Of a stretch of 64,000 nt of DNA, positions 45,755-55,617 are shown piece by piece. The translations under genes and the position numbers were made by a program. Under the pieces are notes generated by a model. It did not search any database, was not told the origin of the DNA, and worked only from the letters and a program-made list of their open reading frames with translations. The first letter of the stretch is position 1. Every line of letters starts with the position of its first letter. This stretch comes from an uncultured Planctomycetota bacterium (GTDB taxonomy: Bacteria; Planctomycetota; Planctomycetia; Isosphaerales; Isosphaeraceae), in contig CAWJTV010000036.1 in the NCBI GenBank assembly GCA_963845755.1, forward strand, positions 448,001 through 512,000. The letters run 5' to 3'.

Positions 45755-47276
45755 CTACTTGGGTCCTGGAGCCGCGGGCCCTTGAGGAGCGGTAGGCTTC
45801 AGCTCGCGAAGGAGAAGTTCGCGCAGCTTTTGCTCATCGACCTTGAGATCACCCGTTTGAGAAAGTTCCTTCGCCCAGAAGTTAACCAGGCGCTTCAGCG
45901 CCTCATCACCTTCAGGCCCCGGGCTGACGACACCCAGCGACTTGAGCAGATTGGCGTTCTGTTGGATGGAAGCCGTGATCGCGTAAAGTGGCGCGTTGAG
46001 CCGGTCGATCTCGACGGTCTTCTTGACGACCTCATTCCGGCCCACGATCAGGCGGTCGCCGGGGAAGAGTTGATAGTTCAATCGAGCGTTCCCCTGCTCC
46101 TGAATCGCGGCGAGATCGACCTTGTAGACCTTGGCCGGCTTGCCGCCGCGCCCCGGCCGCACCAGGCGGATGTCGTTGGGCTCTGCAGAGGGTATCAAAC
46201 CCTGGGCGAATTGCATCGCGTCGAGAACGGTCTCATTTCCGGTCCAGGGCAACCTGCCTGGTACCAGCACATCACCCAGCACATAGAAGTTCTTCGAGTT
46301 ATAGGCGGTGACGTCAACGAAGATCCGGTCGTTTTCCTCCAGAGGCACGATCCGCCACGGGCCTTCGTCCTCAGAAATGGGGGGCGGTGCCGGTTCCACC
46401 GGCTGGGGCAGAGGTAAGGGTAGGGGACGACCGCCTTCGATATCGATCGTGATGGTCACACGCCCCTTGCCGGACGACTCGATCTTGAGCGGATTCTGCT
46501 CGGCGGCAGGCGCATCCCGATCTTGAGAGGCGACGCGGGTGCCCAGTGCCCGGACCGGTCGAACCGCGATCGGGCTTCGGCTTCCCCGCCGTACGACGCG
46601 ACGCCTCGCCGAGGAATCACGGCGATCGAACGACGCGCGGGGCTTCTCGGGGTTCTTGGACGGGTTCCCCTCGCCTTTCGGAAGCTCCGGAATGGCCGGC
46701 TGTGGCGGCGTGAGCGGCTTGTTGGCGGCGGGTTGCTCGGCTTCCTCCCCAAAGTCCGACGTCATGAGGCCCAGCATGTCATCGCCGAGATACTTCCTGA
46801 GGTGCTTGATCACCGCGATCTCGATCTGCTGGTGTCTCAAGCCGCTGACATGGAGCTCGCCGTAGAAGCCGAGGTCGATCGTACCGTCTGGCCTTACCAA
46901 TCGCTCTCCGGAGATCGGCCGGCCCGGCAAAGCCTCGAGCACCTCGACGAGAACCAGATCAGGCGGCTCGATGATATAGGGAAGACGGATCATCGCCCCC
47001 TCATGCGGGGCTGGGTCGTCCGGGATCGCTGGCAAGGGGTGGGGCTTGAGATCACCCGAGTCGAGCATCTTGTCGATCACCGCTCGGACCTGGGCGCGCG
47101 AGCCCACGACAGCGACCGTTTGCCCCGGTTGGTTGAACTGGGGGCGGCTGGACCTGCGGCACCGGCGACCGGGCCTTTTCTTTCTCCTGCGGTCCCGCAG
47201 TAGCGGTGACGACGGCGATCAGCATCATGGAGACAACAAGCGGCGAGGCGACGCGCGCGAACGATCGTCGGAACAT
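45755..47276 (-). CDS. Polysaccharide biosynthesis/export (Wza-like) protein, copy 2; frameshift near 47110
   Basis: Paralogous to 44245..45555 (IEPPDLVLVEV, RPDGTIDLGFYG, identical C-terminal stretches); N-terminus MFRRS in ORF 47052..47276. Confidence 0.9.
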
Positions 47277-47339
47277 GGACGTGAGCCCTTCGTGTTGAGT
47301 GGAAGCGCGATCATTCCGAAGAACGAAGGATCAGTCCGC

Positions 47340-47368
47340 ACAGTATCCGACACCGCGCATCAACGCAA
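47340..47368 (-). promoter_or_regulatory. Putative sigma70 promoter of Wza-like copy 2
   Basis: TTGCGT-17 nt-TACTGT on minus strand. Confidence 0.55.
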
Positions 47369-47404
47369 GCATGACCAAGACGCGTTGCACGATTGCGCGA
47401 TCGA

Positions 47405-48199
47405 TCAGAGCACGAGCCGTGCGGCGTCGCGGTCGAGGTACAGCTTGGCGCCGGGATGCCGGCGCAGGGCCGTGGCGGGACACGCCTCATTGATCGGACC
47501 GCGGAGTGTGGTCAGGACGGCGTTGGCCTTGCGCGGGCCGGGTACGATGACCGAGACCAAAGGCGCCCGCAGCAACGCGGGGATCGTTAGCGTGTAGGCG
47601 TGGGTCGGCACGTCGGCAAGACCCTGGAAACCGCCGTCGTGGACTTGCTGGTTCCGGCAGGCGGCGTCGAGCCGCACGACCTTGACGAGGACCGGATCCA
47701 GGAAATCGGCCACCGGCGGGTCGTTGAAGGCCAGGTGCCCGTTCTCGCCGATGCCCGCACACACGATATCCGTCGGCTCGGCTTTCAGGAGATCCTCGTA
47801 ATCCAGGCAGGTCTGGAGTGGCTTATCCGTCCGCTCGCCGGGGATCAGACGAAGCCGTTCCTCGGGCAGCGCGACGAGCCGGAAGAGGTGTTCCTGGAGA
47901 TAGCGGCGAAACGAAGCCGGGTGGTCGGCGCCGATTCCCAGGTATTCGTCCATGTGACAGGCGACGACGCGCGACCAGTCGATTTCCTTGTGGGCCACCA
48001 GGCCGGCCAGGAATTCGTTCTGGCTCGGTGCCGCGGCGAAGACGATGTTGACGCGGCCGGCGGCTTCCTGCCGAGCCTGGATCTCGCGCGCGACGCTCCG
48101 CGCGGCGGCACGTCCTGCCAGCGCCCGGGTCTCAAAGACCACGACCTCGAGAGAGTCCACGAAGAAGCGAGCAATCGTCGTCGGCTCGGACGAATTCAT
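47405..48199 (-). CDS. nagB: Glucosamine-6-phosphate deaminase/isomerase family protein
   Basis: HMDEY.G...HPASF, GIGENGHLAFNDP, QQVHDG, VPTHAYTLTI, CPATALRRHP. Confidence 0.88.
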   Translation of the reverse strand: MNSSEPTTIARFFVDSLEVVVFETRALAGRAAARSVAREIQARQEAAGRVNIVFAAAPSQNEFLAGLVAHKEIDWSRVVACHMDEYLGIGADHPASFRRYLQEHLFRLVALPEERLRLIPGERTDKPLQTCLDYEDLLKAEPTDIVCAGIGENGHLAFNDPPVADFLDPVLVKVVRLDAACRNQQVHDGGFQGLADVPTHAYTLTIPALLRAPLVSVIVPGPRKANAVLTTLRGPINEACPATALRRHPGAKLYLDRDAARLVL

Positions 48200-48393
48200 G
48201 ACCCGGGGTCCTGCGCGAGAAAAGGGACAGGTTTGCGACCATCCGGAGGCTCCGGCGATCCTTGACCGATCGGCCATGCAAAACTTATCCCAATTCTTGC
48301 ACCGATTCCACTATTCCGCGAGAGTTGCCGCGCGTCCGAAGTCTGCAATCCGGAATCGCGAATCCCGAATCCCATCCCGGCGGCCAGTCCGCG

Positions 48394-48609
48394 TCAGGTG
48401 GTGACGAGCTGGCGGGCTGCACCGGCAGGGATCGGGCCGGTGCGGAGCTGCTCGCAGAGTTTCTGGCACTGGTCCAGGTCGCCCAGCAAGGACTCGGCCA
48501 GGAACGTCTCCGTGGCCCGGTCGCTGGTCCACTGGAGCTGGTCGTGGCAACGCGCCATGTGTTCAAGCAAGTCTTTCATCCAGAGCAGTGTGTGACGCCG
48601 ATTCCTCAT
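48394..48609 (-). CDS. Small helical hypothetical protein (71 aa)
   Basis: MRNRRHTLLWMKDLLEHM...; AGGAG upstream; coding-like GC3. Confidence 0.7.
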   Translation of the reverse strand: MRNRRHTLLWMKDLLEHMARCHDQLQWTSDRATETFLAESLLGDLDQCQKLCEQLRTGPIPAGAARQLVTT

Positions 48610-49015
48610 CGTGAGGTGCTCCTGCACTCGCCTCGATTGACAGGCGAAAAACCCGGTTCATTCCCATCATGCGTCTCCAACCGATCTCCAGGAACCATAA
48701 AGAGCTCGGTCGTCTCCTCTGGCCTGGGTCGGTCGCCGATGCACGAGGAAAACGCAAAGCGCGTGCCGACCTGCGTTGAACGGTCTGACCGCATACTACA
48801 AACTGTTGCGAGTCGCAAACTTGAGGAAAAACGACCAAAGTCGCCAGGAATTCGATGAGGATGGCTTATTGTAAGGGTTACACAGGATCCCGACCGAGGC
48901 CACACACAGGCGCCTCCTTGGCAATCTGACTCTCGATTCGTGGCTGACGGCTTTTCTGTCATCGCGGTAGGCCTTAGACTGGATAGGGGATCGACGAAAC
49001 CGGGGGGGATCGGGC

Positions 49016-49930
49016 ATGGCGGCGTGGCAAACGGCCTCGACCTCATCGACGGATGTCGGCGGACAGGCTCCGGGCCGGCTACACACCTGGCCTCATTCGC
49101 TGATGCGCTGGCTGTTCGGGGGCGGCGAGGAAGAGCACGCGCCGTCGGTCTCCTCGGTCACGGTTGCGCGATTCCAAAACATTTGCATCAGCCGGGAGGC
49201 CGGGGCCGGCGATGACGACGTCGCGCGACTGGTCGGGCAACGCCTGGGCTGGAAGGTCTATGACCACGAGTTGATCGAGGCGATCGCTCATCGGATGGGC
49301 GTACCGGTCGATGACGTCCGCACGCTCGACGAGCTGGCGCCGAGCGTGGTCCAGGACTGGCTGCTCCCACTCAGGGAGGAATACTACGCCCCTCAGGAGG
49401 CGTATCTCGACCATCTGGCGAAGTTGATCGAAGCGATCGGCCGGGCCGGCGAGGCGATCCTCGTCGGTCGCGGGGCCGGCTTCATGCTGCCGCGCGAGAC
49501 GACACTGTCGATCCGGATCATTGCCCCGTTGAAGGTCCGTGCCCAGCGGCTGGCCGAGCGGATGGGCGTTTCAGTCCGCACGGCGCGTCGGGCCGCGCGA
49601 GACCTCGATCGCCGCCGTCTCCAGTTCGACCGGACCATGCATCGCGCCAACTCGAACGATCCCCACAACTATGACCTGGTGCTCGACTCGCACAGTCTTG
49701 ATGTGGAGATCGCGGCCGCGATCATCGTCCACGCCGTTAACGTGGGCCGCCGGAACAGCCCCGTAACGGGTCCCCTGCTCCGCGGACCCTCCGATCACCC
49801 GCCCGTGAAACACGACGCTCCCGGCTCGTGGACGACCGCCCGCCAACCGCTCCCGGCTCCCGTTCTGTCGCCTCTACCACAAGATCCAACCATCCTACCG
49901 AAGACCGAACAAGGCGCAGAGTCCGGCTGA
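49016..49930 (+). CDS. Cytidylate kinase-like family protein
   Basis: ICISREAGAG, LGWKVYDHELI, ILVGRGA, APLKVRAQR, DPHNYDLVLDS. Confidence 0.88.
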   Translation: MAAWQTASTSSTDVGGQAPGRLHTWPHSLMRWLFGGGEEEHAPSVSSVTVARFQNICISREAGAGDDDVARLVGQRLGWKVYDHELIEAIAHRMGVPVDDVRTLDELAPSVVQDWLLPLREEYYAPQEAYLDHLAKLIEAIGRAGEAILVGRGAGFMLPRETTLSIRIIAPLKVRAQRLAERMGVSVRTARRAARDLDRRRLQFDRTMHRANSNDPHNYDLVLDSHSLDVEIAAAIIVHAVNVGRRNSPVTGPLLRGPSDHPPVKHDAPGSWTTARQPLPAPVLSPLPQDPTILPKTEQGAESG

Positions 49931-50076
49931 TGTCCGCCTCGGCTCGGGCGGTTGAATCGAGCGGTCGGACAGACTCAGGATGGATTGCCGTGCTGCCGAC
50001 GAAGCTCCCGAACGATTTTTTCTACGACCCGATTCCGTGGCAGGGGAGAAGCTGCGGAGAAAAGACGCACATCACG

Positions 50077-50730
50077 TCAATCCGGTTCGATGCCCAAGTC
50101 GCGGAGCTTCGCAGCGTACCGCTCGGCGCGTTGGTGTTCGGCATCGCGCTGCTCGCGGACCTCTTGGTAGGTCAGAAAACGCTCACCATTGCGGCCGATG
50201 ATCGTCAGGTTGTCCGGGCCCTTGCCGGGCTCGAACCGGATCCCCAGCCGATGGCTGACAAATCCCCGCATCCGCGCGATCGGTTTCAGCTCACCCCTTT
50301 GCCGGCGCCAGCCTTCCAGCGAGCCGTTAAAGGGATTGTAGAGGTAGTATTCCTCGACCCCGTACCGCTGATAAAACTCGAACTTACGATTCAACTCCCC
50401 GGCGCGGTTGCCCGGCGAGCGCACCTCGAAGACGACCTGGGGCGCGATGTCGTCTTCCTCCCACTGTTTATAGGAGCCTCGTAAACCTTTGGGCCGGCCG
50501 AAGGCGACCAGGACATCGGGCGCGCCGCGGATCTTCGGCTTTCCCTCGACGGCGTACCACAGGAGATTGCCCGCAACATACACGTTGAGGTCGTCCGTGA
50601 ACTGGCCCTCCACGCCCTCTTTGATCACGACGATCCACTTGTATTGTAAGTCATGGTCCGACATGGGCTTTCCGTCGCTGTCGGGATACTCGATCCTGGG
50701 GCGGGGTCGGGAGGGTGTCGAGGTCGCCAT
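50077..50730 (-). CDS. Uma2 family endonuclease
   Basis: YPDSDGKPMS, APDVLVAFG, PQVVFEVRSPGN, YQRYGVEEYYLYNP. Confidence 0.92.
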   Translation of the reverse strand: MATSTPSRPRPRIEYPDSDGKPMSDHDLQYKWIVVIKEGVEGQFTDDLNVYVAGNLLWYAVEGKPKIRGAPDVLVAFGRPKGLRGSYKQWEEDDIAPQVVFEVRSPGNRAGELNRKFEFYQRYGVEEYYLYNPFNGSLEGWRRQRGELKPIARMRGFVSHRLGIRFEPGKGPDNLTIIGRNGERFLTYQEVREQRDAEHQRAERYAAKLRDLGIEPD

Positions 50731-50810
50731 GATCGTCGAAACCTCGGAGGCGATCGGGATGGTGAACAGATCGTAGTATCGCAGACGCCAGCAGTTTCGG
50801 CCAGGCGAAC

Positions 50811-51683
50811 CTACCGCAGCGCGACGATGCTCAACCCATAGCGGTCGGCCAGTGCGATGACCTCGGGCTCGTCGAGGAGGATGGTCCGGCCGGCCTCGAT
50901 GGCCAGGACTCGGGCCCCGGCCTTGTGCAGGTTCTCGATCGTGGTGACGCCGACGGTCGGCACGTCGAAGCGCATGTCCTGCTTCGGCTTGGCGACCTTC
51001 ACCAGCGACCAGCCCCCGGACCGGCAGAGCTGCCCGGCCCGCTCGATGCAGCGGTCTGTCCCTTCGATGGCCTCGACGGCGAGCGTCGCCATCTCCTTGA
51101 CGGCGACCGACTGGCCGACGTCGAGCCGGCCCATCTCCCGGGCGAGGGACCAGCCGAATTCGATATCCTTCCGCTCGCCGGGCGTCGGCACACGGCGCGT
51201 GAGAATGCCTTCCTTCACGAGTAACTCCGGACAGAAGTCGAGGGCCGAGGCGAATGTTATCCCATCCCTCTCGAACTCGGCGATGAGGCTCAACAACAGG
51301 CTATCGTCGCGGTTATCGGCGCGGTTGCGACGATACCACCACAGGATCGTACGCAGATCGGGGCAAAGCTGGATGATTCTCCGAGGGGTGTACATCACAT
51401 TCTTCGTCACCTTACCCGCCATCACGATCTGTTCGACGCCTTCGCCACGAAAGGCCCGAATCATCCGGCCCAGTTTGGCCACTCCGACGACCTGGAATGA
51501 AGTGCAGAGGGCGTGGAGCTCCTCGGACGCCTCGTAGCGAATCCCCACGCAGGCGACGCTCAGACCCTGTCGGCGCGCCGCCTCCGCGAAGAGGATCGGG
51601 AATCGTCCGCTCCCGGCCAGCAGCCCGACGGGTCGGGCGGGGCGCGGGTTCGATCGGACTGACTGCGGCTTGACACCGATCAT
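50811..51683 (-). CDS. lpxI: UDP-2,3-diacylglucosamine diphosphatase LpxI
   Basis: GLLAGSGRFP, MAGKVTK, LDVGQSVAV, AVEAIEGTD, KPKQDMRFDVPTVG. Confidence 0.92.
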   Translation of the reverse strand: MIGVKPQSVRSNPRPARPVGLLAGSGRFPILFAEAARRQGLSVACVGIRYEASEELHALCTSFQVVGVAKLGRMIRAFRGEGVEQIVMAGKVTKNVMYTPRRIIQLCPDLRTILWWYRRNRADNRDDSLLLSLIAEFERDGITFASALDFCPELLVKEGILTRRVPTPGERKDIEFGWSLAREMGRLDVGQSVAVKEMATLAVEAIEGTDRCIERAGQLCRSGGWSLVKVAKPKQDMRFDVPTVGVTTIENLHKAGARVLAIEAGRTILLDEPEVIALADRYGLSIVALR

Positions 51684-51738
51684 GCTCACGACCGTCCACT
51701 CCTGAGAGGTTGCCAAAGACTCAACTCGAAATCCTCGC

Positions 51739-52876
51739 TCATCCTCCGAGCGGATCATCCACCGACCGCGAGGGTTCCGGAGCATCCGCGCGAAGATGCA
51801 CCGCGCCAGGTCGGATTTCGGTAGGGACAGGTGCCGCGCCGGAGAGCAAGGCGACCTGGGCCGCGAGCTCGCGGTGCTGGCGGTAGATCTCGGGCAACCG
51901 GGCGATCATCTGGAAGATGCGCCGTTGCTCGCGGACCGGGATGGCGGGCGAGCCGAGGACTTGTTGCCCGTCGGGGATGTTGCGATGCACGCCGGCCTGG
52001 GCTCCGACGATCACTCCGTCGCCGATCCGCGTGTTGTCCTTGATCCCGGCCTGGCCGGCCATGACCACGTGGTCGCCGGTCTTGCAGCTTCCCGCGATCC
52101 CGACCTGTCCGCAGAGCATATTATGCCGGCCGATCTGGTTGTTATGGCCGATCATGACCAGGTTGTCGATCTTGGTCCCCTCGCCGATCCGCGTGGCCTC
52201 GAACGTCGCGCGGTCGATCGTGCAGTTGGACCCGATCTCGACGTTGCTCCCGACCTCGAGGCGGCCGGAATGCGGGACCTTGACGTGTTTTCCCTCGACC
52301 TGGCGGTATCCGAAACCGTCGCCCCCGAGCACGCTGCCGGCATGAATCTCCACGCGGTCGGCCAGGACCACATTCGGATACAGCACGACGTTGGGATGGA
52401 TGATACATTCTCTCCCGAGTGTGCAGCCTGCCGCCGATGACGGCCCCGGGATGAATCGTCGTGCCGTCGCCGATCACCGCGTCCTCACCGACGTAGGCCA
52501 GCGGATAGACCGCCACGTCATGACCGATTCGCGCCGTCGGCTCGACGCAAGCCCGGGGATGGATGCCCGTCCATCGGGGCCTCTGCCCGCCGCTCAGATG
52601 GCTGCGAACGGCCAGGAACGCCGCCATCGGGTCGTCGACCTCGATGACGGTCAGGTCCTTACCCATCTCTTGCGGTCCCACGGGAAAGTGAGGCCCGACG
52701 ATCGCTGCCGACGCGGGCGACCCCCGGAGAAGCCTGGCGAACCGCTCGTTCTCGATGAACGTGATATCACCCGGTCCCGCCTCGCTCACCGGGCGCGCCG
52801 AGCGGATCGAGACGCTCCCATCTCCGACCAATCGACCGTGAACCAGTTCCGCCAGTTGTTCCACCGTTGCGACCAC
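51739..52876 (-). CDS. lpxD: UDP-3-O-acylglucosamine N-acyltransferase; frameshift near 52430
   Basis: TVEQLAE, AGPGDITF, hexapeptide repeats, GGDGFGY, VEIGSNCTIDR, TKIDNLVMIGHN. Confidence 0.93.
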
Positions 52877-53155
52877 GAGCGATTTCCTTTCTTCCCTGAA
52901 AGGAGACGAGGAGGACCAGGCGGTCGCAGGTCGAGCAGGGTGGGTTCTCGGTTCTGGTCCGTTCTGCCAAGAATCGATGTGTTCCGCAATCGCGAATCGG
53001 GGTCCGGCCCTCCAGGCCGTTTCGCATGCTAATCCATCCGGTCAGGTGCGGCAAGGCGAGTCGGTCGGCTCAAGAGTGCCGAGCGACCTCAGGCTAGGGA
53101 AGCCGGATCCCTTCCCACCGCCATAGCTCCTGATCAGACACTTCCATCCGGTCTG

Positions 53156-53192
53156 TTTGATTCATCCTTCATCCTTCATCCCTCAGCCTTTC
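53156..53192. repeat. Heptamer tandem repeat (TTCATCC)n
   Basis: ttcatccttcatccttcatccctcagcctt; same unit family as 3343-3405. Confidence 0.6.
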
Positions 53193-53243
53193 TTCGAAGA
53201 TCCACCTCCGTCTCGATCAATCGTCCGATGTCGGCGGACCACT

Positions 53244-53960
53244 TCAGTCCCCGTTGAACCGCGACTGCACCAGAGCCGTCAGGTTCGGTATATGCGGTAA
53301 ATCGGCCGGTCGCATGGTGCCGCGATCGAGCCACAGTCCGGACAGACCCGCTCGGATCGCACCACGCACGTCATTCTCGACATCATCGCCGACACACAGC
53401 ACGCGATCGGGCGGCAGGCCGAGGTGGTCGCAGGCGGCCCGGAAGAACGACGCATGCGGCTTCCGGAAACCCACTTCCGACGAAATCACCAGGGAGTCCA
53501 CCCACGAGGCCAGCTCGGGAAGTCCCTGCACGACCCCTCGCAATCGTCCATCAAAGTTGGAGCCGACGCACAGATCGATGCCCATCTCCGTGAGGGCCTT
53601 CATAGCCGGAGCCACGTCGGGGAAACAGCGCCACGACTGCGGGCGGCTGAAATGCTCCCACAACTCGTCAAACGCCCGGTCCGGCTGAGAGATTTCGGGC
53701 AGGACGTCATAGACGATTTTCCGCCAGCGGCGACGCTCGGTCGCCTCGTCGGTCGAGAGCACCCCCTGCCCCGCGTGCACCTCGTCACTCTGGAAATGCA
53801 CGTGAAAGCGAGTCCGAACCTCGTCCGGCTCCAGGTCAACTCCCTGCCGACGCGCCGCCGCGGTATAGGCCGCGGCCACCGAGGGATCCGGTTTGATTAA
53901 AGTTCCTACCGCGTCGAAGACGATCCCCAGAATACCGTCCCACATCGGCCCCTCATTCAT
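53244..53960 (-). CDS. HAD-IA family hydrolase
   Basis: FDAVGTL, SNFDGR, SSEVGFRKP, VGDDVENDVRGA. Confidence 0.92.
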   Translation of the reverse strand: MNEGPMWDGILGIVFDAVGTLIKPDPSVAAAYTAAARRQGVDLEPDEVRTRFHVHFQSDEVHAGQGVLSTDEATERRRWRKIVYDVLPEISQPDRAFDELWEHFSRPQSWRCFPDVAPAMKALTEMGIDLCVGSNFDGRLRGVVQGLPELASWVDSLVISSEVGFRKPHASFFRAACDHLGLPPDRVLCVGDDVENDVRGAIRAGLSGLWLDRGTMRPADLPHIPNLTALVQSRFNGD

Positions 53961-54156
53961 CGGCGTTGCTGTTCCTTTTTTCACCATCCAGGAAGAAGCG
54001 CCCAGACGGGTCAGTCCCAATTCCAGCGCGAGAAGATCCGTCGACACTATAGCCTGGGTGGTCTGTGTCAACATTATGGGCGAAATAGTCTCGGAAGAAA
54101 GTCTCCACTGTCGCGGATTCCGCACACCCGCATGATCGTCAACGGGAGCCCAAACC

Positions 54157-54363
54157 ATGAACGCTCCGCATCTGCGCCTCACGAGCCATCTGCGTTCGAG
54201 TTACGACTCATCCGTGCCCGAGTCCCATGCGGAGGCGCTCCATCGCCGCCACGTGCTGGACGCCGGACAACGCGCCTTTCGCGAGTGCACCGAGGGCCGC
54301 GTGAGGCCCGATCCCGCCGAGCTGGCGTTGCCGGGGCACCGCATCAGCCGTGCGGCGCCGTAG
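54157..54363 (+). CDS. Possible small hypothetical protein (68 aa)
   Basis: GGGAG RBS, GC3-rich codons, fills the HAD-tsaD gap. Confidence 0.4.
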   Translation: MNAPHLRLTSHLRSSYDSSVPESHAEALHRRHVLDAGQRAFRECTEGRVRPDPAELALPGHRISRAAP

Positions 54364-54392
54364 CCGGGTGCGTTCCGGGGCACGGCTGGCCC

Positions 54393-55460
54393 TCAAGCGC
54401 CTCGCCCCGGTCGGACCAATCCGGCGGTGACGTCTACATCCAGATCGGCGACCTGGCCAGCCCATAGTTTCGGCAGTGCGATGGCGCCCATGGCGGCGTT
54501 GTCTGTGCACAGTTCCAGCGGCGGGATGAAGAGCTCCGCGCCGAGCTCGGACGTCATCTCGGCGATCCGATCGCGCAATCGGGAATTGGCGGCCACGCCC
54601 CCACCCACTCCCAGCCGCTTCAGGCCCGACCGGACCAGCGCCTGGCGCGCCTTGGCGACGAGGACGTCAACGACGGCCTCCTGGAAGCTCGCGGCCAGGT
54701 TGCCGATCAATTCTTCATCCTGAGGAACCGGGCCGGGGCGCGCGTTCTGACCGTGCAAGGCGTAGAGGACCGCCGTCTTCAAGCCGGAGAAGCTGAACTG
54801 CAATCGTTCGTCGTGGAGGAACGAGCGCGGGAAGGCGAATGCCGCGCGGTTGCGGCCCCGGGCCGCACGTTCGATCGCGGGCCCGCCAGGGTAACCCAAT
54901 CCGAGCAGGTTCGCCACCTTGTCGAACGCCTCGCCCGCAGCGTCGTCGGTCGTGCCGCCCAGGAAGGTGCAGTTGAGCGGGCTGTCGCAGCGATAGAGGC
55001 TCGTATGACCGCCGGAGACCACCAGGCCGACGCACGGATACACGTCCCGGTCGGGGTGGGCGAGCTGACAGGCGTAGAGATGACCCTCCAGGTGATCGAT
55101 GGCAATTAGAGGGATCTCCAGCGCAAGGGCCAGGGTCTTGGCCGCGGTCAGGCCGACGATCAGGGCGCCCACAAGCCCTGGACGCGTCGCGACCGCGACC
55201 GCGTCCAGATCGCTCAGGGAAACCTCGGCCCGGCGCAGGGCCTCGTCGATCATCGGCAGGATCTGACGGACATGAGCCCGCGAGGCGATCTCGGGAACCA
55301 CGCCGCCGTATCGCTCGTGCAGACCCACTTGCGAGGCCACCACGCTGGAACGAATCCGCGGCACGCCGGTGGCCGGCGGTCGCGGGCCTTCCAGGACCGC
55401 CGCGGCCGTCTCGTCACAGGTCGTCTCGATGGCCAGCAGGATCAACGAATCGCGTCTCAT
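54393..55460 (-). CDS. tsaD: tRNA N6-adenosine threonylcarbamoyltransferase TsaD
   Basis: LAIETTCDETAAA, YGGVVPEIASRAH, HLEGH, VSGGHT, DDAAGEAFDK, FSFSGLKT, CTDNAAM. Confidence 0.97.
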   Translation of the reverse strand: MRRDSLILLAIETTCDETAAAVLEGPRPPATGVPRIRSSVVASQVGLHERYGGVVPEIASRAHVRQILPMIDEALRRAEVSLSDLDAVAVATRPGLVGALIVGLTAAKTLALALEIPLIAIDHLEGHLYACQLAHPDRDVYPCVGLVVSGGHTSLYRCDSPLNCTFLGGTTDDAAGEAFDKVANLLGLGYPGGPAIERAARGRNRAAFAFPRSFLHDERLQFSFSGLKTAVLYALHGQNARPGPVPQDEELIGNLAASFQEAVVDVLVAKARQALVRSGLKRLGVGGGVAANSRLRDRIAEMTSELGAELFIPPLELCTDNAAMGAIALPKLWAGQVADLDVDVTAGLVRPGRGA

Positions 55461-55617
55461 GTCCAGAATGGGGTTGGCCCTGGACGCGGCCGGATACTCA
55501 CTCGATGTGCCAACGAGGGGTTTGTCAGTCATCCCCTCGCTGGCGCGTCGCATCCGCCGTGAGATTGCGGATGCCGTCAACCCGTCGGCCCGAGGTTTCG
55601 CCGTGAGATCGGCCCGA

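Noticed and set aside
52880..53240. Riboswitch/ncRNA upstream of lpxD
   Set aside because: Some short stems, but no family consensus I can recognise; needs an Rfam scan
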